Shown here: positions 1 to 10,746 of the stretch, piece after piece
Layout: every line of letters begins with the position of its first letter
How positions within the stretch are numbered: the first letter of the stretch is position 1
From: Octopus vulgaris
Taxonomy: Eukaryota
Direction: 5' to 3'
Length of the DNA: 64,000 bases
NCBI GenBank assembly: GCA_951406725.2
Contig: OX597822.1
Span: forward strand, 23,994,001 to 24,058,000
Notes under the pieces: model-generated
Told to the model about the DNA's origin: nothing
The model's input: the letters and a program-made list of their open reading frames with translations, nothing else
The model's database searches: none
Program-made: the position numbers and the translations under genes

Positions 1-974
1 CTTTTCTGTCTGATATTTATTCCAAATGAGAATTTATCATGTCAAAACAGATGGGAACAATATCTTGGAATGGAGTTTGGTTTCAGACACGAAATAAAGA
101 ATACAACAGAATGATAATGATTGGTTATGTGTAGAGATGCTGACATTAAAAATTTGGTACGTCGTAACTTTGTAGCTTAACTGAAAATTAGTGTCCGAAG
201 TAAACAGAAAGAATATCCGGGACTGAAACTAATTACATCGTTTGATAATTACTTGGAGATCGTTTCACTTGATTTTGTACACAAGAACACATAAGCATAA
301 ATGATAAACATACACACCGATGTATAAGTATATATGTAATAATAATAATAATAATAATACATACACACACACACATATATATATATATGTACACAGAAAT
401 ACACATACACACACACATATACTTATGTGATTATGTAAATCTACAGATATACAAATACATATACACATTGTTGTATACACCTTTCCACTTACACAGATAA
501 CACACATTCATTCATAGAGACACACACATACACATAGAAACATACACACATACATGTGTACATTTATGTACAAATATTCATTCATATATATATATTCACA
601 CAAATACATACATATGCAAACATACACACATACACGCACAACCAGGCACAAAAATACAGACATATAGAAACATATATTCATTCATGCATACTCATGTACC
701 TACACATATATGCACATACTTGCACACATACACACAGACAACTAATCACACATAAATACACAGATTACACACAGACAAAACACACATACACACACACACT
801 GATTTAGACAAGCAAAAAGATGGAAACATACACGTAGACATACACACGTATATAGACAAACATATATTCATTCAAATATAAGCATATATAAATACACACA
901 CATACATACATACACACATACAGACGTGAACTAGACACACACATACACAAACATACATTCATTCATTCATACTC

Positions 975-1005
<31 letters not shown>

Positions 1006-1762
1006 CATATATCTGCAAGCACACACACATACACTCACACACAGACAATCAAACACACATACACACACACAAACTGATGCAGACAAACAAATAGATGTAT
1101 ATAGACTCATATACATTGTCACACGTATCCTCACACATACACACAGAGACAAACATTCATTCATATACATGTATATGCAAATATATCCACACACACACAC
1201 ACACACACTGATGCAGACAAACCTAGAGAAGCAACAGATTCACAGCTATTTAACAACTCAACAAGAACACTGGTTGGTTTAGCAACAACCAGTCTTTTCG
1301 TCCTGTAGAATCGGTAAAGGAAGGCCACTGTTGCATAACATCCCACGTTGGGTGGTTGCCATAAGCCATACATAATGAGGCTTACCAATGTCAGACTGCT
1401 TAGCACTAAAGACTTCCAGCAATGAAGATTAACAGGAAAACAATACAACACCACCAACAACAATAATACCATCAATGACATCAATGAAGAAGCTTCTATG
1501 TGGTCATTCAGTCTGTTAGAGATCATAGTTAAACCTCCCTCATATTAAACTCTATGGAAGGTTATAGTAGGCAGAGTAATAAGGTAATTCACTGCTGTGT
1601 AACTGAAAAAAATACAAGATAAAGGATGAAGTAGTCATGGCTGGCTAGCTGGAATACTATTCTGCAGAGACCTGAATAAGTGGAAATCTGAAGGAGCAAA
1701 ATCTGGTGAATATGGAAGGTGCTACCCCATCTGATCAATACTACATTGATCTGATGGGGTAG

Positions 1763-1809
1763 CACTGACTGAGGAGACAAAATGAGGTTGAAACACCGGC
1801 ATCTCAAAG
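1763..1809 (+). ncRNA. Degenerate type I hammerhead ribozyme, array unit 1
   Basis: TGA-CTGAGGA-GAC(aaaatgag)GTT-GAAA-CACCGGC-ATC-TCA. Core boxes are intact; stems I and III are partly decayed. Confidence 0.6.
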
Positions 1810-1939
1810 TCTCCTTACACCAATGAATTGTGTGTTGTGAATGCATATTGTCTAAAGGGTGGAGGTGTTCACTGGTGATGAGAAACAATAGCAATCAGAT
1901 ATTTACATGTGAATCTGCAAGAACATATTAAGCATGAAT

Positions 1940-2260
1940 GATCATCATCATTATCATTTACCGTCTGTTGTTGACGCTGGCATGGGTCGGATGATTTGAC
2001 CAGGACTGGCAAGCTGAGGGGCTATACCAGACGAATCTGATTTGGTACAGTTTTTACAGCTGAATGCTCTTACTAATGCCAATCACTCCTAGAGTGTAAA
2101 GGGTGCTTTTCGTGTGCTACCAGGTGCCAGTTGTGTGACACCAATATCTGCCACGTCTATGATTTCACTTGGCTTGATGAGTCTTCTACTCAAGCACAGC
2201 ATATTGCCAACGGTCTCAGCCATTTATCATTCTCTCCCTGAGGCCCAACACTCAAAAGAT
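1940..2260 (-). mobile_element. 5'-truncated RTE LINE copy (ORF end, 3' UTR, GAT tail)
   Basis: Minus strand reads DL*VLGLRERMING*DRWQYAVL, matching the ORF end at 23007-23080, then the common RTE 3' UTR and a (GAT)n tail. It splits array unit 1 at gaat|agatatattattgtttgg. Confidence 0.75.
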
Positions 2261-2416
2261 ATAGATATATTATTGTTTGGATTCTTGTTGTTTTACATGC
2301 ATTCCATAAATTATTATCTGTTTGTAAAACATTGAGATGCATCAGCAAATCATCTGTTTATCGGTTTTTATACATAAGAGCCAGTAATCTTCTTAAATCT
2401 ATTAATCCAGGTCTAG

Positions 2417-2468
2417 CTTTAACTGAGGAGACACAATAAGGCTGAAACACCATGATTGTCTAAAAAAG
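2417..2468 (+). ncRNA. Degenerate type I hammerhead ribozyme, array unit 2
   Basis: CTTTAA-CTGAGGA-GAC..GCT-GAAA-CACCATGATT-GTC-TAAAA; the GUC cleavage triplet is at 2458-2460. Confidence 0.6.
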
Positions 2469-2765
2469 AATCCCCTTATACTGGTGAATTGCATGTGTTA
2501 TGAACATACATTGTTTAAAGGGGGGAGGTACTCTCTGATGATGAAAAACAACAGCAATTGGCATATTCATGTTTGAATCTGCCAGAATATAATGAGAATG
2601 AATAGGTACACTATCGTTTGGATTCTTATTGTCTGTATCTGCATGTACCCCATGAACTATTTTCTGTCTGGCAGACATCTGCTTACATCAACAAATGATT
2701 TGTTTATTGATTCCTATAAAAAAAGAACTCATACTCTTGTCAAATTCAGCAGTCTGGTGAGGTTG

Positions 2766-2816
2766 CTTTGACTTGGGAGACATACAACAATGTTGAAACA
2801 CTGCAGTATCTCAAAG
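2766..2816 (+). ncRNA. Degenerate type I hammerhead ribozyme, array unit 3
   Basis: Stem I CTTTGA/TCAAAG is perfect, stem II is GACAT/ATGTT, then GAAA and a palindromic stem III ACACTGCAGTAT-C. The CUGAnGA box is mutated to CTTGGGA. Confidence 0.6.
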
Positions 2817-3247
2817 TCCTCTTACACTGACGAATCATGTGCTATGAACATACACAGTATAAAGGGAGGAGGTATTCTCTGATGAAGAAAAACAACAGCA
2901 ATCAGCATGTTCACATTTGAGCCTGCCAGTACATATTGGTTTGGATTTTTGTTGTTCTGCCTGTATCTCATAAATTATTATAACATGTTTATTTATTTAT
3001 TTATTTTTTTTGAATACCTTGAAAGTTTTCATGCAACTTCCATGACCCTAGCTGAGAAGCTGTGGTTGTGATCTTCTGAAATGAACGATATGGCAGATAG
3101 CTGTTGTAGATGGTGGTGGGGTTAGCTGATAAGTGGTCTATAGTTGCAGGTGTGGATACAATCACCATTACGTTTTACATAAATAATCCCAGGTCAATTA
3201 GAGCAAAGAGCATAGCTTCATCATCATCACCAACAGCAGTATTTTTA

Positions 3248-3437
3248 GTGGAGGCGCAATGGCCCAATGGTTAGGGCAGCGGACTCGCGGTCAGAGGATC
3301 GCGGTTTCAATTCCCAGACCAGGTGTTGTGTGTGTTGCTTTCTCTTCTGCAGGTCTTACGAATAGCAAAGGACCATGTTTCGGACTTCTCCCACTCTGGG
3401 ACGAAGACCGCTTCGTTCAACAAACAAACAAACAAAC
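3248..3437 (+). mobile_element. tRNA-derived SINE family C, short tail variant ending in (CAAA)n
   Basis: Head GGAGGCGCAATGGCCCAATGGTTAGGGCAGCGGACTCGCGGTC..GGTTTCAATTCCC has A/B boxes and a TCG (Arg)-like anticodon. The same head occurs at 18004 and 52709. Confidence 0.75.
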
Positions 3438-3444
3438 AAAATGC

Positions 3445-3910
3445 TTTTTTTCCATGCTAGTAGGAGTCGGATGGTTTCATTGGATCCAATAAGCCAGAGG
3501 ATAGCTTCAAGTTCCAATATTTATTTTAGCATAATTTCTAGCTGGATGCCCTTCCTCATCCTAACATCAACCACCTTACAGAATACACTAGTTGCTTTCT
3601 ACATAGCACCAACACTAGTGAGGTCACCAAGTAAACTGCAAGATAAGGAAAACAACCTTTTGACTGAGTAGAGTTGTAGGAGAGCGTGAGGTGGCTTTAT
3701 ACTGTGTAAAGACCAATAAATGGATAGACACCAGTATCTTAGTACAGAGGAGACAGATAGCTACCTCGCATTACATAAGGGAATGCGGGGAATAGTTGGA
3801 AGGAAGAAACAGATGATGGCAGCAATGTGTTGGAAGACATTCTCAAGATACAAGAAAGTGAGTATAAGAGGGACTGTGGACAGAGAATCAGATAGGGTGA
3901 GTAGGTAAGT
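3445..3910 (-). mobile_element. Old RTE 3' UTR remnant (long-UTR subfamily)
   Basis: Contains ctggatgcccttcct and cactagtgaggtcaccaagtaa..gcaag, homologous to 26050-26950, 47005-47530 and 54420-55235. Confidence 0.55.
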
Positions 3911-4443
3911 TCATTTGACGATAAGAAGAGATTGACCACCATCACTACTGTCACTACTAATAGTACTACTATCCCTACTAGCAACAACAATAGCAACATC
4001 AATATTAACACTGATGAGGCAAGTGGAAATGATGGTTCTGTCTGACAATCCCCTGCCTCCCTCCTCTTCCTCAACCTTCTCCCTCATTCGCATCCTCCTC
4101 ATCATCATCGTTACAGCCACCATCACCACCCCACCAACACCACTGCCACCACCACTGGCACCGGCATCATCATCATTACCACCAACATCACTGTCATCAT
4201 CATCATCCCCATCATCATCATCATCATCACCATCGCTATTGTTCTTATCATCAACTATTACTACCACCAACACCACTATCATCGTCATCATCATCATCAA
4301 GACCATCATTATTATCCACATCACCACTGTTACCACAGCTCTGGCCACCACCACCACCATCACTGCTGCCATCATAACCATAAAACCCAAAATAGTAAGA
4401 TTACAAAAATTTCAGAAACAAAACCTCACTGCATGTTGTAAAA

Positions 4444-4492
<49 letters not shown>

Positions 4493-4768
4493 TGTGTGTG
4501 TGTGTGTATGCGTGAGCAAGGGAAATATGATGACATATTCATTAATAAATCTTTATCGTTAGTGAAGTAGTAATCAATACAACGAGACCAATTGGAAACG
4601 GTTCGTTTGTTTGATGTCTGCATTTCTTTGAAGAGAGGGAACTGGAGAGGAAAGCAGAACAACAAAAAAACCCCAATAAAATACTAAAAAATAAGATAGT
4701 TGTTGTTTTATATATACACACACACACACATATATATATATATAGATAGATAGATATCGATATAGCCT

Positions 4769-4811
<43 letters not shown>

Positions 4812-4879
4812 GATGCAGCTGCTTGTACTACCACTACTTTTACAGTAATCCCCACCATCATCACAACAGCCAACACCAA

Positions 4880-4911
<32 letters not shown>

Positions 4912-5341
4912 TGATTTGTTTATTTGTTTAATGTCCATTTTTCCATGTTAGCATGGGTTAAATAGGAAGTTATGAGGCAAGATTTTTCGTGGTCAGATGC
5001 TCTTCCTGTCACCAACCCTTATTGAGTTTCCAAATAAGAGAATTCTTACTACAAAGGTTTTCAAAACTGCAATGCCACTGACCATAATGTCAATATTCAC
5101 ATACACACACGCACACATAGATAGGGAGACAGACACATAACCTCCATTTGTTAACATGGGTCTCCTAACAACAAAGTCAACTTCATATAGTCAAGATACC
5201 ATTGGCCTGAAAAGTAGCCTGTGGTATTCACCTCACCTGGATATTCACTACATTCAAGGTTCTGCTCTCTATGAAACATATATAGCCTGGATTTTATCTA
5301 CTCCATTCCTTAACTTTTGGATACACACACACACACACACA

Positions 5342-6518
5342 CAGGATGTGTAAGGTATTTGAGGACATGCCTTTTTTGGATCATTGTTGCAAATTTTGCT
5401 AACTCTGTATAATCTTTGTTTCAGAAAATAATAATGGCAGATCCTCAGCTTACTCAAGAAATGAAGTGGCATTCTGCTATTGTGGTTATAAAGGCTAAGG
5501 GAATAGCTATTTAGAAATATCTTGAGTCTTAAAAGTTGCCAGGTCTTTCGTCTACAAAGTTTGTAAGGAGCTAGAGACTGAAGCTGGAAATGTATCACCA
5601 GTATCAAAGTATAAAAAGCATTTTAAATGCTCTGAAATCATCAGAACACTTGAATTTATCCAACAAGTTCAACAGACCATTGATTACCATTACAGAAAGT
5701 CCATGAGATCAATTGCAAAAGGACTCCATGTGTCAGAAGGAACAGTCAGAAATGTTGCCACGAAGACATTAGATGCAAGTCTTATATGATGAGGAAAGGT
5801 TAATTTGTCAGAAAACCAAAAGAAAATCACTACATCAGATCTAAAAGACTCTTAAACAAACTGAAAAATCCAGCAGAAGAAGATTTGATTTGGCTTTTCT
5901 CAAATGAGAAAAACTTCGACCAAGATCAAAAAGTTAACAGAAGAAATGATAGATGGTTATGTGCAGAACCGTCTGAAGTTGCAAGTGTTACGGATTCAAA
6001 ATTTCCTGCAACTGTCATGGTTTTAGGGGTTGTCAGCAACGAAGGACATGTGATGCCTCCTTACTTTTTTCCACAAGGCCTTAGTGTTAACTCTGCCACC
6101 TACACTGAGGTCCTGGAAACAATTGTTAAGCCCTGGGTAGATAGTGTTTGCAATGGAACGCCATATGCACAATCACACATGACTCTAGTAACACAGGAAT
6201 GGATGGCTGAAAATTTTCATGATCACATAACCCCTAACATTTGGCCTCCTAATTCCCTAGATTTCAATCCATTGGACTATTACATGTGGTGCGTTGTTGA
6301 TAGAGAGGTCAATGAACACACTCATAACACCAAAGATTCTTTGAAAGCTAACATAGAATAATGTCCAAAATGGACAAGGACCACTTGATTCGAGCATGTA
6401 GATGATTTAGATCTCATATAGAAGCAGTTGTTGAAGATGAAGGTGGCTTTATTGAAAAACATTACATATATCTGATTTTTTATAAACATAAATTTGTACT
6501 CATATATCTTACACACTG
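5342..6518 (+). mobile_element. Full-length, inactive Tc1/mariner-superfamily (maT / DD37D-like) DNA transposon
   Basis: Left TIR CAGGATGTGTAAGGTATTTGAGGACA (5342-5367). The right TIR read in reverse complement is CAGTGTGTAAGATATATGAGTACA (6495-6518), followed by TA. A transposase remnant lies between them. Confidence 0.85.
5434..6460 (+). pseudogene. maT-like DDD transposase pseudogene
   Basis: MADPQLTQEMK..KVARSFVYKV..RKSMRSIAKGLHVSEGTVRNV (HTH)..FSNEKNF (D1 changed to N)..VMVLGVVS..PY[FQQD motif deleted]AQSH..WPPNSLDFNPLDY..AC.*FRSHIEAVVEDEGGFIE. Contains stops and frameshifts. Confidence 0.88.
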
Positions 6519-6531
6519 TATCATCATCATC

Positions 6532-6583
<52 letters not shown>

Positions 6584-6630
6584 ATATATATATATATCAT
6601 CATTATCATTCATATATCTATCTATCTATC

Positions 6631-6670
<40 letters not shown>

Positions 6671-7196
6671 TACATACATACACAGATACATTCTCATCCA
6701 CTCACAGACACATACATATGCATGCATACATACAATGAATTTCCATATTCTTTTCATGTATCAATTCTGCTTTCTGTGCATTAGACATCCTAGAGCTGTG
6801 GTTTATAGACACTTGTCCAAGGTGCTAAACAATGGAATTGAACCATATGGTTTACAAAGTGAAATTCCTAACCACACAGTCATGCCAGCACCTGAAAACA
6901 TATTATTCCAGAAACCACATCACATTTAGTTTGGACGTCTTTGATCTTGTTAAATATGGTCACATTTGAAAAGATCAAAGACAATCAATATCGCTGTTAT
7001 GGTGTCTCTAAAGAAACGTAAAAAACAAAAATTATGAAATGTGAAAGATTACATTGATATACAAATGTATGTCAAATATTGAGTACTAAGTTTAAAGGAA
7101 GCCTACTTCGTTTGAACCCTGCCATCAAGGGAAACAATTTACCAGTGTATGTGTTCAGGTACATGTGTATATGTAAATGAATGTGTGTGTGTGTGT

Positions 7197-7374
7197 ATTA
7201 TAATTTAGGGTATCTAAGAGATACCTCCACGCTGGAAATAGCAACCAAAACTTGACTCTAAAAACACATTAAATGTTTTAGTCTCTAGCTCCTTACAAAC
7301 TTCGTGGTTTTAGAGTCAAGTTTTGGCTGCTATTTCCAGCGTGGAGGTATCTCTTAGATACCCTAAATTATAAT
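7197..7374. repeat. Near-perfect inverted repeat (foldback/MITE-like), 71-bp arms and 36-nt spacer
   Basis: 7197-7267 versus the reverse complement of 7304-7374: 2 mismatches. Confidence 0.92.
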
Positions 7375-7460
7375 TTTAATAATAATTATTACCTTTGAAG
7401 GTTTTTATTCCCATGTTGGCCGCTTGATAAGATTGATATTTAAATTAAAGATCTTATCCT

Positions 7461-7491
<31 letters not shown>

Positions 7492-7539
7492 ATATATATG
7501 TACATCAACATAAAAAATCAATGGAAATTGTAGTTGTAA

Positions 7540-7789
7540 TCCCTGTGCCAGTAGCACGTAAAAAGCACCATCCAAACGTGGCTGATACCAGCGCTGCCTC
7601 GACTGGCTTCCATGCCATGGCACATAAAAAGCACCCACTACACTCACGGAGTGGTTGGCATTAGGAAGGGCATCCAGCTGTAGAAACACTGCCAGATCAG
7701 ACTGGAGCCTGGTGCAGCCTTCTGGCTTCCCAGACCCCAGTCGAACCGTCCAACCCATGCTAGCATGGAAAACGGACGTTAAACGATGA

Positions 7790-7792
<3 letters not shown>
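7540..7792 (+). mobile_element. RTE 3' UTR / tail copy
   Basis: GTGCCAGTAGCACGTAAAAAGCACC..GAGTGGTTGGCATTAGGAAGGGCATCCAGC..CCAACCCATGCTAGCATGGAAAACGGACGTTAAAC(GAT)n, the same as the LINE end at 23260-23462. About 20 further copies occur, e.g. 21360-22280, 24560-24870, 31975-32300, 33310-33455, 38670-39128, 49830-50010, 51580-52290, 53670-53845, 58510-58752. Confidence 0.8.
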
Positions 7793-7871
<79 letters not shown>

Positions 7872-8145
7872 GTATATTCCACACACACTTACAAACATAT
7901 ATATAGTGAGAGAGAGAGAGAAAGAGAGAGCATAAGAGATTACATAAAGGAGAAGGGAACAAGAAATTATATGATGGACTTTATGAAGTTCATTACATAA
8001 TTATTTGTCTCTTTATCATCTATATAATTTCTTATTACGCTCTGTGCTCAACTAATGTCTTTTTCTGAAGCATATGTATATTGAGCTCTACCCAGCTTAT
8101 TGCCACACATAAACAAAGCATATATATATATATTCATATATGTAT

Positions 8146-8324
8146 CTTTGTTTATGTATTAAGGCTACAATTGGTTTCATGTTAAGTCAATTATCTTAAT
8201 ATCTTAACAATCTTTCAAGCCAATCACATGGAGGAATGGTGTTCATCTCCATTGAAAAACTGTTAAGATATTAAGATAATTTTCTCAACATAAAAACAAT
8301 GTTCACCTTATTACACAAATAAAG
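8146..8324. repeat. Imperfect inverted repeat, ~73-bp arms
   Basis: Core ATTATCTTAATATCTTAACA / TGTTAAGATATTAAGATAAT is perfect; arms are 8146-8218 and 8252-8324. Confidence 0.8.
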
Positions 8325-8375
8325 AAATTTTATCCACAAATGCAGAATTGATCACTTATTCTTGTTGTTCAAAAT

Positions 8376-8446
<71 letters not shown>

Positions 8447-8495
8447 CATATTGTTGTTGTGTTTTCTCTGTGTTCTCATGTTTGGATTAACTAAC

Positions 8496-8556
<61 letters not shown>

Positions 8557-8643
8557 ATAGTTTACGAAAAAAACAAAAGGCGAAGACAGGTGGTGTACAA
8601 AACAAACAGGTGTATTAGTATGACACTCAGGAATAGAAAAAGT

Positions 8644-8679
8644 CTTTTACGTTTTGAGCCTATGCTCTTCTACAGAAAG
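8644..8679 (-). ncRNA. Minimal hammerhead-like variant in a (TA)n-anchored Penelope-like repeat (about 8553-8760)
   Basis: Minus strand: CTTT-CTGTAGA-A-GAGC(atag)GCTC-AAAAC-GTA-AAAG. Stems I and II are perfect; core has A6>U and G12>A (the latter at a CpG site). Confidence 0.55.
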
Positions 8680-8859
8680 GTACACAGAAAAAACAAGGAG
8701 AGAAACAAGGAAAGAAAAAAAGGAGAGACAAAAAGGAGAGAAGGAGAGAAAAATATAGATATGTATGTATGTATGTATATATGTATGTATGGTGAGGCAA
8801 ACAGGAAAAATAGAACTCAAATTATTAGTGTATGTATATTTTTTATTAATATTTAATAA

Positions 8860-8969
8860 AAGCAACAGAGTAACTCTAGGGCTGAGAGCTTCATGTGTTA
8901 GCACTTATCAAACTAGTTTGGTAAGTGCCAGTGCATGAAACTCTTAACAGTTGAGTTACTCTGTTGCTT
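8860..8969. repeat. 110-bp palindromic hairpin
   Basis: 17-bp perfect outer stem AAGCAACAGAGTAACTC, a 6x6 internal loop, and a 31-bp inner stem centred on AAACTAGTTT. Confidence 0.88.
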
Positions 8970-10154
8970 CTGCTAATGAGAGACAGAGAGAGAGAGAGAG
9001 GAGGGAGAGAGGGGGAGAGAAGGAGAGAGAGGAGAGAGGGGGGAGAGAGAGAAATGCACACATGCATACACATACACTGGAGCACATAGCAAACACTATA
9101 CACACCTTTCAAATGTGTGTGTATGTGTGTGTGTGTGGAGAGATCAAGAGAGAGACTTTATATATATATATATACATAAATACACGCATACACACACACA
9201 CACACACCACACACACACACAAACACACACACACACACCTTTCAAATAGGTTTTGCAATGTCACAAATTCGACTCAATCCAAAAAGTAAAAGCTTTTAAT
9301 GCAACCAACCTGACATTTCTGATAAATCTTACCAATGGTGACCATCACTTTTGGAAAGCATTGCAAGTTTAAATGAATTCTTTGAAACTGCAGAGGAAAT
9401 CAATTCCTTGGATGCATTATGGAATTCTTTTTTAAAACGGTGCCAATGTTATCGATGTACCATCTGCAGTGGTTCCATGGGAATTGTTTACATTTTAACC
9501 AAAGGATATGGAAATAAAATTTCTTCACGTCTGGCATTTGAAATATTTGAAATTTCCTGCCTGTTTGAAGAACTGAATTGTTAATAACCCAAAGTGAGGA
9601 ATTTTTAAAATTTTGTTTTTCTTTTTCCCAGAAATATGAAAGAAACTAAAATACATTCTGCATTTATTTACCATGGTTTTCTTGAAAGAAGAGTGACATT
9701 GAAGATGGAATTGATTAAATGGTCGTTTATTGATGCAACAATGGAGAATTAAAGATTTTTTTTGTTTTATATTTGAAGCATATTTCTGAGATAGTTACTT
9801 AGGTCATATACTGCATAATAGTCTTAACAAGTAAGTCATAATAGTGTGGCTTAACTGTTAACTTCCACATTATAGATCTATTCAGTCAGAAGTACTACCT
9901 GCTTATGGAAGCAGTGTTAACCATACTACTCAAATAAGTCAATTGAAATTCTAGTTTGACCCTTTCATGCCAGACCATCTGAGATCACCCTGGTTCTATG
10001 ATACAAATTTACTGTTTGAAAGCAATTCAGAGTAAAATAATTATTTTTTTAAATTTCCATCAAAAATTTCATCTTCATTCATGCTTCAAACACCAATTTG
10101 ATAATGGTTTATAATTTTGGCACAACGACCAGCAACTTTGAGAGAAGACATTAA

Positions 10155-10346
10155 CCCTCTTGGGACACCTAGGCTGATTGATCAGACCAATTGATAGAAG
10201 CTGAAAGGACTTTGAGGCTGATCCATTGGCCCGATGGAACAAATGTTGTGAATGGTTGGTTTTGAAGCGTAATAGCTAATCAGAGATCATCTTTCAGTTG
10301 ATGTATCTCAATCAGAAAAAAAAAAAAATTTTGGTCTCAAAAACGG
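10155..10346. mobile_element. piggyBac-like MITE with TTAA target duplication
   Basis: TTAA-CCCTCTTGGGAC...GTCTCAAAAACGG-TTAA; it interrupts a SINE B tail whose two halves rejoin across the TTAA. Confidence 0.6.
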
Positions 10347-10485
10347 TTAATTGATTACATCTAATCCAGTTCTTAACTGGTACCCCAAAAGCATGAAAAG
10401 CGAAGTCAACCTTTGTGGATTTTGAACTCAGAACATAAAGACAAATGAAATACTGTGAAGCATTAAACCCAGTGTTCTAACAATT

Positions 10486-10746
10486 CTTATTTCTTTATGG
10501 CCCACAAAGGGCTAAACACAGAGGGGACAAACAAAGACATACAAAGGGATTATTAAGTCGATTACATCAACACCAGTGCGTAACTTGTACTTATTTAATC
10601 GACCCCGAAAAGATGAAAGACAAAGTTGACCTCGGCAGAATTTGAACTCAGAACATAGCGGCAGATGAAATACTGCTAAGTATTTCATCCGGCATGCAAA
10701 CGTTTCTGCCAGCTCGTCTCCTAACAGTTCTGCCAGCTTGCTGCCT
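10486..10746 (-). mobile_element. tRNA-derived SINE family B
   Basis: Head GGCGAGCTGGCAGAAACGTT..GAGTTCAAATTC, central CTTTCATC.TTTCGGGGTCGATTAAA.AAGTAC, tail TTGTCCCCTCTGTGTTTAGCCC.TTGTGGGC.ATAAAGAAAT. Confidence 0.8.

Larger units (their letters stand above)
1730..2985 (+). mobile_element. Tandem array of three ~350-bp units, each with a type I hammerhead motif (retrozyme / Penelope pLTR-like); unit 1 interrupted by an RTE insertion
   Basis: Units start at about 1763, 2417 and 2766 (349 bp between units 2 and 3; 654 bp between units 1 and 2, explained by a ~320-bp insert). Shared blocks: CTGAGGAGAC..GAAACAC, ccttacac..gaat..tgtg.t.tgaa, aaaggg.ggaggt, aaacaacagcaat, tttggatt.ttgttgt. Confidence 0.75.

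Noticed and set aside
2536-2550. Second CTGATGA-TGAAA within the array units
   Set aside because: No room for stem II, and no stem I or III pairing.
6937-6982. Short hairpin GTCTTTGATCTT..AAGATCAAAGAC as a terminator or miRNA
   Set aside because: Rho-independent terminators do not apply in a eukaryote; the loop is too small and the flanking pairing too weak for a pre-miRNA call.
9351-9584. 77-aa non-repetitive ORF as a host exon
   Set aside because: Non-ATG start, no recognisable domain and no convincing splice-site pair in frame.
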